A stretch of 64,000 nucleotides of DNA. Origin: Leucoraja ocellata. Taxonomy: Eukaryota. The stretch's first letter is position 1. The number at the start of each line of letters is the position of its first letter. The DNA is taken from NCBI GenBank assembly GCA_036785375.1, contig JAWMAR010000421.1:1612001-1676000 (forward strand), given 5' to 3'. The notes beneath the pieces were generated by a model. That model made no database searches. It saw only the letters and a list, made by a program, of their open reading frames with translations, and was not told the origin of the DNA. This document shows, piece after piece, positions 1 through 12,893 of the stretch. The position numbers were made by a program, and so were the translations under genes.

Positions 1-974
1 GAAGAGTTGACTTTGTTGGACCACCTGGTCTTTGGGTGCATTCCATATGAGTAAGTCACTTCCTTCTTTTTAGACTTCCTTCATGTCAGTACAGAGGTGG
101 CTGATGAGGCTTCTGTGGGATCTGCAGATTATGCTTCAGGTGTTTGACAGGGCAGTTGGTTGGGTAGTATGGGAGATGTGTACTCCTTCATTGGTGTGTT
201 TGGCTTCCCTTTGCGCCCTACAAAGAGACACCGAGTGCTCAGTGCCTTCCTGAATGCTCCTTCAACATGCATATCAGTCATGAGACAAGGATTCCCAGGA
301 GTCAGTGTGGATGTTGTATTTTTCCAAGAACATCCTTGAAGCATTTTTGTAGTCTAGTTACTCTCTTACTGTGATAGAATATGAGGTAGAGGGCATGTTC
401 TGAGTACGTAAACAAAATGACTTGGTGATGAAACTTCCAAACCTTGATGTTGGGATCATTGCACTGGGGGAAGTTCAGAATCGGCTTGCCTATCATCTAA
501 TGGACTAAGAAGATTTTGCAGAGGTAGAGCTGGAGGTACCTCTCCAGTGCTTTGTGGTCAGATGTACTAGGCATAAAGGAGGGTGGAGGCCAATGCTGCA
601 CTGTGGATCATGAACATGGTGGTATGTTTGTGGGTGTTGATCTTCAAACACTCTTTTCTTCGGATGACCTAAAGCTTGTTGGTATACTAGCGAGCTGAAG
701 ACTAATTCATGTAGTTTATTGGTCCTTTTGGCCCATCTGGATTATACTCTTGATCGGGCTCTAGAGATGGCCTTTAATTTCTCTTTTCTCTTAACAGCTA
801 CAAGCACCTTCTCTGCTCCATCCTAAAAATGGTGTTTGCAATTTAAATATCTCTATTGATTTATCTCTCAATCTCCCCTTATCTAAAGAGACATTTCCAC
901 ATTACAAGGTGCAGGAAAACGTTAATCAGAAAATATCACAGAATAAAATGTTCACTTATTTGTTTTCTATGCAG

Positions 975-1059
975 GGAATTTTTTGGTCAAGGTTGGATGA
1001 AACCTGAGAAGAACGAGAGAGCACCCTACATTATGAAAACCACCAAACATTTCAATGAT
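975..1059 (+). CDS. RASGRF1: RASGRF1 internal exon
   Basis: tatgcag|G...GAT|gtgagt; encodes [28 protein letters not shown]. Confidence 0.92.
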
Positions 1060-4000
1060 GTGAGTGCAGCCATTGAACAAACTGTATACATTGCGTTTCT
1101 TCACTGAAGTGTCCTTTGTCTCGAGTGCAAGGCTCAATGAAGTTGAGAGGAATTTAGCTTCTTTGGGTAAATGAGATCTGACGTGATGTGATGGAATAGT
1201 AGTGTCGACAAGCTTGAGAGTGTCGGTCATGCTCCGAGCATTAGAACATTGCATAAAGGAATTGTCAACTGGCATAAAAACCTCTTGAGAATCAAGTACT
1301 TATTTTAAAATCCCCCAGCTAATACAGATCTATTCCCAAGACAATGAGTGACACTCTGCATGTTGTAAGAGAGCTATCTTCTTGCTAAACTCATCAATTT
1401 GACATTATTTTTACATGCCAGCCCATCCTGATTCCCAGCATGGAGTAATCTTAAACTTCCTTTACCCTACTTCTAACAGAGAGTTCTCCTCCACCTGACT
1501 TGCTTCATATCTTCCTTCATAGAAACATAGAAATTAGGTGCAGGAGTAGGCCATTCGGCCCTTCGAGCCTGCACTGCCATTCAATATGATCATGGCTGAT
1601 CATCCAACTCAGTATCCCGTAGCTGCCTTCTCTCCATACCCCCTGATCCCTTTAGCCACAAGGGCCACATCTAACTCCCTGTTAAATATCGCCAATGAAC
1701 TGGCCTCAACTACCCTCTGTGGCAGAGAGTTCCACAGATTCACCACTCTCTGCGTGAAAAAAGTTCTTCTCATCTCGGTTTTAAAGGATTTCCCCCTTAT
1801 CCTTAAGCTGTGACCCCTTGTCCTGGACTTCCCTAACATTGGGAACAATCTTCCTGCATCTAGCCTGTCCAACCCCTTAAGAATTTTGTAAGTTTCTATA
1901 AGATCCTTTCATCTCATTATTTCAGAAAGGTTTGTATCTCAAACAGTTTTCCATTAAATTTTAAGCAAATTGGGAAAATAATACCATTATACTACAAAAA
2001 ATAAGTGTGTTGTGCACTTGATACCGAGTCCATAGTAGATTGTTATCACGGTACGGTTGTGGTCAGGGTTGTGTAGTGTGGTTTAAGAGCCTAATGTTCA
2101 ATGGTTAATAACTTTGATGATAATGTTACCTTCTTACTGTTCTCCTCAGATCAGCAACTTAATTGCTTCAGAGATTCTGAAGAGTGATGACGTGAATTTC
2201 CGAACAGCTGCCATTGAGAAATGGGTGGCAGTGGCGGACATCTGCAAGTGTCTACACAATTACAATGCCGTGCTGATGATAACCTCGGCACTGAACAGAA
2301 GTGCCATCTTCCGGCTGAAAAAAACATGGCTGAAAGTATCCAAGCAGGTGGGTGGATGGGGATTTATTTTAGTAATTAAGTGGCTTTAGGTGCAGATGGC
2401 CAGACCTGTGATCAGATTCTCCTCTCTCTTTCTTGTTCCAGACCAAAGCATTAATCGACAAGCTGCAAAAACTGGTGTCTTCTGAAGGGCGATTCAAAAA
2501 TCTCCGGGAGGCACTGAAAAAGTATGTTTCCATTCTCAACCAGATATTAAATGGAGTAATAGGAATTAGAATACACCAGATGCATTTTCTAGATGTCCAT
2601 CTTTCAAGTGTCGGCCAGCAGATACCATTCTCGACTCTAAATCAGACATTGTGGGTTCAAACTCCTCTTGAATAGAAAGACCTAGACTGATGCACCGGTA
2701 CAGTCCTGAGAGAGAAATACACTGGCCGCTATGTAATCTTCCAGATGAGACATGAAACCCAAACTATATCTGTTCCTGTTAATGGACGTAAACAATCTCA
2801 TGGTCTTTCTTTGAAAAATAGCAGGAGAATTCTCCTATGTGTCCTGGCCATTATATATTGCTCAGTGAAATCATATTCTTACTATTTTTCTTGCATATGT
2901 ATATGTGCTAAGGTTTAATGTTTAACCAACAACTTTTTTGTTGTTGTCTGAAGTTGTGATCCTCCGTGTGTTCCTTACTTGGGAATGTACCTGACCGACC
3001 TGGCATTCATTGAGGAAGGAACACCCAATTATGCTGAAGATGGCCTAGTCAACTTTTCCAAGATGAGAATGGTAGGTCAGCAGATCTCCTTTGTTTAATC
3101 ATGTCTCACTCTGCTGCATCTTGTTTTCTGGCAGATGATGTGGTAAGTCTTTTGTAATAAGGCTTGAAGGGCCGAATGGCCTACTCCTGCACCATTTGTC
3201 TATGTTTCTATGTTTGTGTCACAGTGATGGTTTCCAGTTTTCCCCAAACCCATTTTCATTAAAGAGATCTAAATGAAACTATTTGAGCGGAGAGCCAAAG
3301 AGATAGATGTCATCTGCCACTAGTAATCCTCTCCATTACTGAAGGCGTTGATTGCAGAGGATACTGATTATCCTGTGATATTGTTTGTAAAAGGGCTATT
3401 TGGCAATAGGAGCATTGCACTAAAGCCTAGCTCTAACGTATTAATCAAGGCTGGATCTGTTGCAGACTCATTGGTTAGAATCACAACTCCAATGCTTCTG
3501 TAACATATATACATTGCTGAGGGCAGCCACATCCACCAATCCTCCACCAATCCTTTTAGTTAATGGAATCAAAGGGATTATGAGTTCAAGAAAGACCATG
3601 TACCGTGGTTGATGTTCCATGAATTTCTCTTGGATTCATCAAACAGTGAAGATCACATCCATTGTATCTCTAGATGTATGGAACTCGCACTGTAATTTGA
3701 AAGCAGTTTTTCATAGCTAGTGGTAGCAGGCAGTTGTGGAGAAACCTTATGATGACTTTCCCTGTGGCATGTATCATTTTCCTTAGAGTTGCAAATTATA
3801 GGATTCTGGTACCTCTCAAATACTGCAGTTGCAATCAGAGCGTTCCTACTGTATCTGAACTAAAGGCCTCATTTTAATTTTGGTTCCTTTGTACTGTTTA
3901 TGAGTTGGCAGATTTAAAAATTCCACATTGTCTGAATGGATCAGAACAGGACTCATTTCCATTTCACTGACTAATGCACCAAGCACAATAGTGGATCATA

Positions 4001-6653
4001 TTACAATGCTATAAATGTATCAGAAAATCCATACAATTATAACTTTTTAACAGGAAATGCTAGCAATACATAAAACAGGAAGCACTAGTGGGAAAAGAAA
4101 TAACATTTCAGGTGGGTTGACCTTTTGTCCAACCTTTATGATGCTCTGGCCATTTGTTATATTTTATACTTTAACTTTAGATTTTCAGCATTTACAGTTT
4201 AATGCTTCAGAATATTTTAAACATTCATTTTTCAGAATCACATGGTGCTGGTAAGACTGACATTTGTTACCCAAACTTGTCCTTGAACTGAATGGTTTAC
4301 TCAGTCATATCAACAGGCATTGAAAATTCAACCATGCTTTTAAAAAATCTTTCACTAAATTTCAGAGGTGAAATGTGGATTCAGTTGAATTCTGCGGAAC
4401 AGGAGGGAATGAGGGAATCAATTGGGACACAAATTACAATGTTTTTGTAAGTTGCACAAAGATTTCAAAGAGCAGTGAATGTTTTTAGAAAACCTTCTAT
4501 GGTAGAGTTATATGGTACTCATCAGACATCCCATAACCCACACAAATGGAGTGGACAAAGATTATCCTTCATCTTAAGGGATTGCTGAGGAAAAAGACGA
4601 GGCCTCAAAAGGCTCTAAACTCAATGGAATTGTAAATATTTGATAATATGTCTTGTACAGGGGTAACCTACAGGATAAATGAATAGCCCTTTTTCTTATT
4701 ATGACCTTATGCTACACACGATATTTAGACATACATAGATTTATTCAGCTGTTAACTGGCTTTGAAAAGTTATGGGAAGACTCTGTAAGCACGATTGATT
4801 GTGGAATGCATTTTCACCCATGGTTTACATTAACAGATATCTCACATAATCCGAGAAATCAGACAATTCCAGCAGACGTCCTACAAGATAGAGCAACAAA
4901 TCAAGGTCAGTTCATTTTGTGTTAATTGAGTAGCTTCACCAAATATTCCCCTGACAGATAGAATAATGTAGTTTCTGATGAAGAAATATTGGTGAGGACT
5001 CTCAGGTAGATTGTTCAAATAGTGCTGTGAGATCCTCAAGAACTATCTGAGATCCTCAAGAACTATCTGATCCAGCAGGCAGGTGCTCAGCCTTATTCGA
5101 AGCATCGTACTTCTGACAATGCAGCACTTCCTCATTAATGCAGCAAAAGCCATTTGACGTTCACATCTTATGCTCAAATTTAGAACATTTTTAAATCTTA
5201 TCTTTTCCATTAATCTCTAATGTTCTCAAAGCCACCAACTGAATGAGTTAGCATGCTGATTATTCCGATTACTTTCTCCCCAAGTCACACACTATCCTAA
5301 CTAAATAGGTAGTGCTGTTCCTTCATTGGTTCTAGCCAGAATCTTGACTGAATGACATTGAGCAAATGCCATCACCATGCCAGTTGCACTTCTCTGGGGA
5401 ATAAATACAGGCCTTGTTACATCCCTAGAATTTTAGATTAGCAGAGGCTCCAAAGAGCTGGTCCTTACACACTGCTGAGCTGGGAGGTAAACATAATTGG
5501 AACAATTCAAAAGATTGAAATTGCAAATGGGATCAGGTTTATATATCACAATTTGTTTGTCAAATTATATTGAACAACTCAGAAAGCCATCAATTTTCAT
5601 AGCCTGCTGCTGCAGAGAAAAATATATTCGCCACTTCCAAACATTGCTTGCATTGTGATTTTAACCAACGGTGTTATTTTTAGACCTGTTGGGAGGGGCA
5701 CTAGCCCTTAGAGACATTTGCTATGGAGAATGGGGGGGGGGGGGGGATGAGAACTTTTAACCTCTGCGCTACTATTTCAAAGAAAATCCCATTGTTTATT
5801 CATCATCCCGATTGCCTATGAACTGAGAGGTTTCCTGTGCTGTTTCAGAAGGCAGTTACAGAAAGTCTTGAGTCGCATAGAGGCCAGACCAGCTATTCTT
5901 CTCCAGCAGAAGGTGGCTTCATCTGTTGTTTCTATCTCAATCCAGTAGTTCCTTGATTACCATGCCTTTGAAGGTTTGAATTCATATCTCCGAATCGTTA
6001 GAGTGTTGCCCTTTGGATTAACAAAAACATTGAAGATGTCAGATAGCCACACAATGCTGGAGATAAACTCCAAAACTAGCTGCACTTAACATCCACTTAG
6101 GAATCCATGTTCTACACCTCTGGGTTTTGTAGGAAGTACTATCGCTGCTGGGTCAGAAGATTGTGGACTCGTGCCCCTCCAGAGACCTGAGCACAAATAT
6201 CTAGGCATCATTCCTTATTCAAAGGGAATGTACGAAATGTTGAAATGTTGCCTTTCGGAAAAATTGTCTGAAATGTTGCCTTTAGGAAAAAATGCTAAAG
6301 TCATGTCCTGTCTGCTCCCTCAATGGAAGCAAGAGCGATCTCATGGCAACACTTTAAAGAACAGCAGTAGAAAGGCAACGATAATGTCCCCGAGATTTAC
6401 TGGCTCAGGCTGTGAATTGAGTGTTGGATATGGATTATTTTAGCTGGATGTTGATGTATAATCACAACACAGTGGTGAACTTAACTCTAGTTAGTATGTG
6501 GAATCCACGTGTGGTCACCAGCTGGTACAACCTACTAAACTCATGTTTTTCTTCGATTAGGTGGCACGGTATTTATTAGAGCAGTCTAACGTCATGGATG
6601 AAGAAAGCCTTTATGAAGCATCTCTGAGGATAGAACCAAAGCAGCCAACCTGA
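975..6653 (+). CDS. RASGRF1: Ras-specific guanine nucleotide-releasing factor 1, 3' part (CDC25/RasGEF domain), 6 exons; 5' part lies outside the window
   Basis: join(975..1059,2150..2347,2442..2521,2954..3071,4837..4905,6561..6653). All junctions are GT-AG with matching phases. RasGEF motifs include [19 protein letters not shown] and LVNFSKMRM. The C-terminus [19 protein letters not shown] fits RASGRF1 better than RASGRF2, and CTSH is adjacent as in mammals. Confidence 0.93.
1518..1906 (-). mobile_element. 5'-truncated CR1-clade LINE (ORF2 C-terminus plus 3' UTR)
   Basis: Minus-strand [11 protein letters not shown]...[14 protein letters not shown] is the typical CR1 ORF2 end; 3' tail ggcctactcctgcacc...(ctatgttt)n; closely similar to 24827-25487. 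Confidence 0.9.
2150..2347 (+). CDS. RASGRF1: RASGRF1 internal exon
   Basis: ctcctcag|ATC...CAG|gtgggt; [10 protein letters not shown]...[10 protein letters not shown]...[12 protein letters not shown]. Confidence 0.94.
2442..2521 (+). CDS. RASGRF1: RASGRF1 internal exon
   Basis: ttccag|ACC...AA|gtatgt; [26 protein letters not shown]; preceded by a 94-bp intron. Confidence 0.94.
2625..2870 (+). mobile_element. Old Deu-domain SINE (SacSINE1/AmnSINE1-like), degenerate
   Basis: Resembles the Deu core as I recall it (tcttccagatgagacatgaaacc...ggacgtaaacaatctcatgg...gcaggagaattctcc..gtgtcctggcca). Similar copies at about 4940-5170 (-), 6150-6380, 40715-40930 and 63570-63870. Confidence 0.6.
2954..3071 (+). 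CDS. RASGRF1: RASGRF1 internal exon
   Basis: ctgaag|T...ATG|gtaggt; [39 protein letters not shown] (not in the ORF track). Confidence 0.94.
3161..3214 (+). mobile_element. CR1 extreme 3' tail only
   Basis: ggcttgaagggccgaatggcctactcctgcacc-atttgtctatgtttctatgtt matches the ends of the longer copies. Confidence 0.8.
4837..4905 (+). CDS. RASGRF1: RASGRF1 penultimate exon
   Basis: taacag|ATA...AAG|gtcagt; [23 protein letters not shown]. Confidence 0.93.
6561..6653 (+). CDS. RASGRF1: RASGRF1 last coding exon
   Basis: gattag|GTG...TGA; [30 protein letters not shown]. Confidence 0.93.
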   Translation: MARYLLEQSNVMDEESLYEASLRIEPKQPT

Positions 6654-8966
6654 ATCACAATCATCCCTCAGCATCAGAAACCTTGCATAACTGATGATAT
6701 CGCTGGTCTCCTTCAATGTGCTGTGCATGGGCCATCGCTGAAGAGAAGACACTACTAAATAATACACGGAGTGCACCATCCGTCCACCTGCTCCAGAGGG
6801 CCATTTGACAATAAAACAGCTGCTGGACTTTTATTGTAGAGCAAATCTTTTTGAAAAAAAAATAGTGCAGCAGTTGTTGCTATTTAAGTTACAACTGAAC
6901 CATTTCAGCATTCTTTAGAAAATCTACACAGTTCTCCAACACTATCCCAGAACGGATGGTATAATGGGCCAGAACATGCCCTTTCACTTCCAGTGGCTTG
7001 GATCCAATCCAGCCCTTGGTGCAGGGCCCACGGTATTAAAGTCTTCCCTATCTCATGGACTCCTTTTCACCACTGGGAACCACTGATGTGCTGAATGACC
7101 CTTACCACTTACAAAGGGTTGTGTGATGTTCTCATCCACACTTGGTCTTGTTATCACAGGCTTAAGGCTAAACCTGACAGTCACCTCTTCTCTGATGGAG
7201 GTTTCCTTTCACCACTGGAGGCACTGTGATGTAACTGACCAGCACATCATCCTTTCCTGGGGAGGATCTGAGTTCATTACCCAGATTGAAAGCTTCATCT
7301 CTCTAGCTCACTCACCTTCTATCTCTGGGTCCACATTAAGATTACCTTGATGGGTCGTATGACTCCTTTCCAGTGTTAAGGCTGGATTAGCCCCCCTGGG
7401 ACCCTGGTTTGAATCCTCTCCTTGCTGATCTGATAAATAATAAGGCTCAGACTACTCAGTCAAGAAACAGGAGCCTGTCGCATAGAAGCCCACTTGATGT
7501 AGCACCAATTTCCAGTTGATGCCCACGGATAGTGTGGGGGATGTCCACACACTCCTACTGAAGCTAACACACATAACTAAAACATATCAAGAGATTATTA
7601 GTTTGCACCTATCCCATGCTCTACCTAACTGCAGAACACTGAACACCAACATTTCTCAACTCATTAAGATGAGAATTACCAAGATAAACCTCACCTTAAT
7701 GAGGACCAAAGAAAACCTCTACCCCCAATACAGAAACAAAACTCCCTTACAAACAATTCTGGGATAAGAGTTCTGCTGAAGCTCAATCTCCAGGCCAGTG
7801 CTTCTCTGTTGACCCCAAGCTGCTTTAAGTTTCTCTGGGATTGCTTTGGCTGACACGAGATGCTCTGCACTCACAATGTCCAGGATAAGGTTCATCCACA
7901 GTGGCTTTGGGCAGCTCCTGGAGTCTCCGGGCAGTGATGAGAAACGCAAATAGGCTGGATCTTTGCTCTGCGTGTACTTACATTATTTTATGAGTAAAGA
8001 GATTTTTCACTAGTCTGTCAACATTTTCTTGGGTATTATTTTATTTTAACTTCATAGTAAATGTGTGCAATAATGATTCAGTCAAAAATGCAAACAGAGG
8101 AAATCAGGTTTTGAGCATGATTATCTGTTAAAAATCACTCCTCGAATACATAACCAGGCCTCTCCACTGATTCAGCTTAGTGTAATGTGTCGTACACATC
8201 TTCAGTCTGCCTCTCCAAGCCAACGCCTGCTGCTGCTTATAGAATGCAGAACAAACGGGTAAAATCATTATATTCAAGCCAAACTGCTCAGGTGAAATCA
8301 GGAAGTGCTTCATCACCAAAACGTGGAGAGGAACTCTGGCTTTCAATGTAAAAAGCTACAGAACTGCCTATAGATGGAGCAGGGGATGGTGTGGATATGG
8401 TAAATGGTCTAAAGTGCGATCAGGTAAGAAAAAAAAAATCAAAGTGGAGATTTTTATTAAGCAACTATATTGGCGATTGCACAAACCATTCAGTCCATTT
8501 AGTCAATGCTGGAATTTATTGTGCACTCCAACTTCCCCACACCCTACTTCATCTCACTTGCTCCGGATATCCTTCAGTTTTTCTTCTCCCTTACACATTT
8601 GTCCAACTTCCCCATCAATATATGTTGTTATTTGTTTCAATCAATTCCTTCAGGATCTTGGTTCACATACCCACCACTCTCTGGGTAAGAGTTCATTGTT
8701 GGATTTACCAATGACTCATATTCCGATAACCTCTAGATTTTAGGTCCCTACAAATGATAATTGTTTTTCCACGTTTCATTAAATGCTTTCATAATTTCAA
8801 AAGCCTCTCTGAACCCTAAGCTACCCTTACTATCGGTAATGGGTCAATAGCCTCACAAGTCTAGATCTAAATGTTAGGAGACGACTACGGGGCTGTGCAA
8901 TCCCCTCAAGTTCCTGTGTTCCTATCACTGTTTAATTTCTATTGTTAGTTTCAGTTCTTCAACAAA

Positions 8967-8972
8967 AATAAA
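8967..8972 (+). terminator. Candidate distal poly(A) signal of RASGRF1 (3' UTR about 2.3 kb); a proximal AATAAA is at 6810-6815
   Basis: AATAAA followed about 35 nt later by a GT/T-rich tract (gtgcttttctaatgtttgtgctttt); a LINE begins shortly after. Confidence 0.5.
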
Positions 8973-9049
8973 TGCAGTACAAATGAAAGCATGGTTTAAG
9001 AAATAGTGCTTTTCTAATGTTTGTGCTTTTCACGGCCATGAAGGTCATC

Positions 9050-10330
9050 ATGTCAGATTAATGCAGCACAGAAACAGGCCAACGCATCTGTGCCAATGAA
9101 GGTGCTTACCTACACTAGACCCATTTATCTATGCTGTGCCCACATCCTTCTAAACCCATCCAAATGTCTTAAACGTTGTAATTGTACTTGCCTCGACCAC
9201 TTCCTATGGCAACTCATTCCATAAACCCAACCTCTGAACGGCAAACCTGCCCCAGTCAGATCTCTTTTAAATCTTCATCTTTACACTTTAACCCTATGCC
9301 CTTTAGCCGTAGACTACCTTATCCGAAGAAAATGACTGTGACTATCCATAATATTATAACTGTCTTTAAGGTCTCCCCTCAGTCTCCTTTGTTCCAGGGA
9401 AAATACTCCCAACCTGTCCAGTCTCTCCTTATAATTCAAATCCTCCATTCCAGGCAACATCCTGCTGAATTTATCCTGCACTTCATCTAGCTTAATCACA
9501 TTCTTTCTAAAGTCTGGTGATCAGAAACCCATAGAAGACTCCAATTGACTTGTACCATTGCAACATATTGTCCCAGTGTTGTTCTTAATGTCCCTACTTG
9601 TGAAGGAAAGCACTACCCTGTCTACCTGTGTCACCAGTTTCAGCGAACTGTGTCACCAATTTCAGGCAACTCAATTTCTCTGGTCAACGATATTCCTCAG
9701 AGCCCAGCCATTTACTGTATATGTCCTGCCCTGATTTAACCGACCAAAGTTCATCACTTCGCGCTTACTAAGTTAAAGTCCATCTGCCATTCCTTTGCCC
9801 ATGTACTCAGTTGGTCTAGAACCTGGTGTAACCATGGACAACATTCTTCACTGTCCATTAAAGTAACAATTTTGGTGCCTTCCATAAATGTACTAATCAT
9901 GCCACCTAAATTCTCATCCAAATCATTGATGTGTGACAAATAACAGGAACACAACCCTGTGGCACATATTTGGTCACCAGCTTCCAATTTGAAAAACAAC
10001 CAGCCATCACCACCCTCTGCTTCTTACCATCAAATTAATTTTGTTTCCATTTGGCTAGTTCTCCTTTTATGAGTAAACTAACATTCAGACCAGCATACCA
10101 TGCAGGACCTTGTCAAAGGCTGAGGTCCATGTACCAACATCTATCGCCCAACATCATCAATTCTCCTGATCGCCTAAAGAGACACGTTTTCTCACGCACA
10201 AAGCCATGCTGATTATCCCTAATAGGTCCTTGCCTTTCCAAATGCAAATATATCCCATCTCTCAGAATTATTACCAACAATTTTCCCAACACTTTCCCCC
10301 AATCTTGGCCTAAACTCATCTGCCTACCTG
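9050..10330 (-). mobile_element. Degenerate CR1 LINE (RT region to 3' end)
   Basis: Frameshifted minus-strand ORF pieces QHGFVREKTC, INDLDE..GGMISTF..GTKI, WAKEWQMDFN and YKERLDRLGVFSLEQRRLRGDL. Confidence 0.85.
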
Positions 10331-11230
10331 TCAGGCTTCATGCATTAAGATAAATGCAGTTTAGTTACTCCAACCTTCCTGTCTCCTGCTTACTTGACTT
10401 AATCATTTTTATAGCTATGTTTGCTTCAATTTTCCCATCTGCTTTGGGTCTCACTCCCTACCAAACTAATTTAAACCCACCTAAGGTCATTAGTTTTTTC
10501 TTGATCCTTTGCTTTAATATCTTTATTGATACCAAACTCAAATGTTAATTAAAAAAACATCACTTTTATTTTCAAATAGTTAAACCATTCCAGCAAATTC
10601 CACGGACAATCGTCTTTAGAATCATAAAAGGAGTTTACCAGATGTGACCAAAGACAGAGGAGGTTTAGAATCATTACATGTTCTCTCAAGTTACAGTGTC
10701 CATCAGTATCAGTGACTGCTCTATCTGTCACCTGATACTTAAGGTATCAAAATCCATTTCCAATCTGTAGATCTCATTGAAGGAGATGACTGCCAAGTCT
10801 TGCTGCTATACTCCTGGCCTTAATATGAATAGGAAACAAATTGGAAGTAGTTGATATTGCATCCTGTTTTAACTCTTCCATCGTCATTTTCATATGCGCA
10901 GAATATGACTTTGTTCTTGCTGCAGCTTTACAGGCTCATTAGATGCAACAATAACAACACAATATACAGTAAATTAAAAGTTATTTTACACAAACTAGAC
11001 AATGATAATGCAAAAGGCCAATGTATTGCAAAATCTGTTGCAGTTTGCTGCTGAGGTCGTGTTGTGCACAATTGTTCAAGAACCTCATGGTTAATGGGAG
11101 GAAGCTGAGGTAATGTTTCTGATGCTTCTGTACCTTCTTCCCAATGGTGGCGGTGAGAAGAGAACGTGGCAAGATATTAGTTGTCTTCTTGAGGCAACAC
11201 TTCCTGTAGATCCCTTCAATGGTGTTGAGT

Positions 11231-11532
11231 CATAGAGTCATAGAATGATACAGTGTGGAAACAGGCCCTTCAGAACCAACTTACCCACACCAGTCGATAT
11301 GTCCCAGCTACACCAGTCCCACCCGCCTGCGTTTGGTCCATATAACCTATATACCTCCAAACATGTCCTATCCATATACCGGTCTAACTGTTTCTTAAAT
11401 GTTGGGATAGTCCCTGCCTCAACTACCTCCTCTGGCAGCTTTTTACATACACCCACCTCCCTTTGTGTGAAAAAGTTCCTCTTCAGATTCCTATTAAATC
11501 TTTTCCCTTTCACTGTAAACCTATGTCCTCTG
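11231..11532 (-). mobile_element. CR1 3' fragment, second subfamily, next to a decayed Rex1/Babar remnant (about 10960-11230)
   Basis: [28 protein letters not shown]; tail (ctctatga)n; same family as 23497-23632 and 30760-31423. Confidence 0.85.
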
Positions 11533-12436
11533 GACACCTGGGAGGTCAATGTCTGTGATGTCCACTGCTGTATCATAGATAGCAGCACAGGGATAACAGC
11601 TCCAGCAATGCTCCCTTCATTACCAAAGCTGCCTGTGTTGAGGCTGTGGGAAGGTGATTTGTTTATATAACCATTTACCTTATATAGCCACACTGTTTTG
11701 GACCCTTTCCCACATTGCCATAATTAGCAGCTTCGTGAAAATAGCTAAGAAATTCCACCTTCAAAAATCTTTTGATACCAGTGCATTTTTAAAAAAGTGA
11801 CTCAAGGAGAAGGTTTAAATGCAAATGATTACTTTCTTCAGCTGCATTTAGAGAATCATCTGCCTATAGTCTGCAGACTGTTTTGTGATTGTTGGCTCAT
11901 TGAACATTATCTTGCCTCAACGGCCATGTATATCACTGAAGCTACATAGGATTCAAGTGAGGAAACCTGGTGTTTAATGCAGTCTCCGTACATGTCTGCA
12001 TATCAGTAGAATTCCTGGGCTAATAAGATGACAAACTGCAATATTGTATAATGCCGACAGACAATTCTGCCTTGCACGTGAGCTTTACAGATAACAGATA
12101 GTCAGCAATGAATAATGTTAAGATAAATGACATAGCAAATAGCAAACTTATCACTGGTAATGACCTGAGTGCCCTCGTCTCTTAATGTTCCTTCTGTTTA
12201 TGAGTATGAAGTACTTGCAATATGGCCCCGACCCAAAATGTCACACATTCTTTCTCTTCAGAGATGCTGCCTGACCCACTTAGTCCAGCACTTTGTGTTT
12301 ATCTTCAGTATATACCAGCATGTCCAGTTACTTTCTACTAAACTGCATGTATCACTTTTAAAAGCATTTACAAATGATTACACTTTTCTAATAAAATAAG
12401 CAGAATGTAAAGACCACGTCAATTTTTAAACCCTTA

Positions 12437-12893
12437 AGGGCCTGTCCCACGAGCATGCGACCTGCATGTGGCAAGCACGACCAAACCAGAAGCAGGGGCT
12501 GCATGGAGGTCGAGTGATCCCCGTACAAGGCCGGTCCCACCAGCATGCGACCTGCATGCGGCAAGCGCGACCAAACCGGAAGCAGGGGCCGCGCGGAAGT
12601 CGAGTGAGTGACGTGAAGTTCGAGCGAAGTCCGTGGGAAATTTGCACGTGACGTACGGCGTCGAGACGCTGCGCACGCCGTCGAGGCGGCTGCGGGCTGG
12701 CAGGCCGTTGCCGCGCGGACTTTTTGAACACGGTCGGTTTTTCGGAGCCCCGTGCGATGTCGGGACCAGATCCACACAACTCCACACGGCTCCGGCGATC
12801 GAAGTGGAACCGGCCCCACGAGGCCATACGGTTCAAGCGATCACGTTAGGTCGCGCTTGCTGCATGGAGTCGCATGCTCGTGGAACAGGCCCT
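12437..12893. mobile_element. Non-autonomous DNA transposon (MITE), CpG-rich, probably PIF/Harbinger-type
   Basis: TIRs agggcctgtcccacgagcatgcgac / gtcgcatgctcgtggaacaggccct with TTA/TAA flanks; internal 90-bp duplication of the left end. Confidence 0.85.

Noticed and set aside
1-830. Possible ancient retroelement remnant on the minus strand at the window start
   Set aside because: I could not recover any diagnostic RT, integrase or endonuclease motif, so it is left unannotated.
5031-5070. 20-bp tandem duplication gatcctcaagaactatctga x2; similar small duplications at about 6240-6290 and 14901-14928
   Set aside because: Ordinary slippage duplications in intronic or intergenic DNA with no visible functional context.
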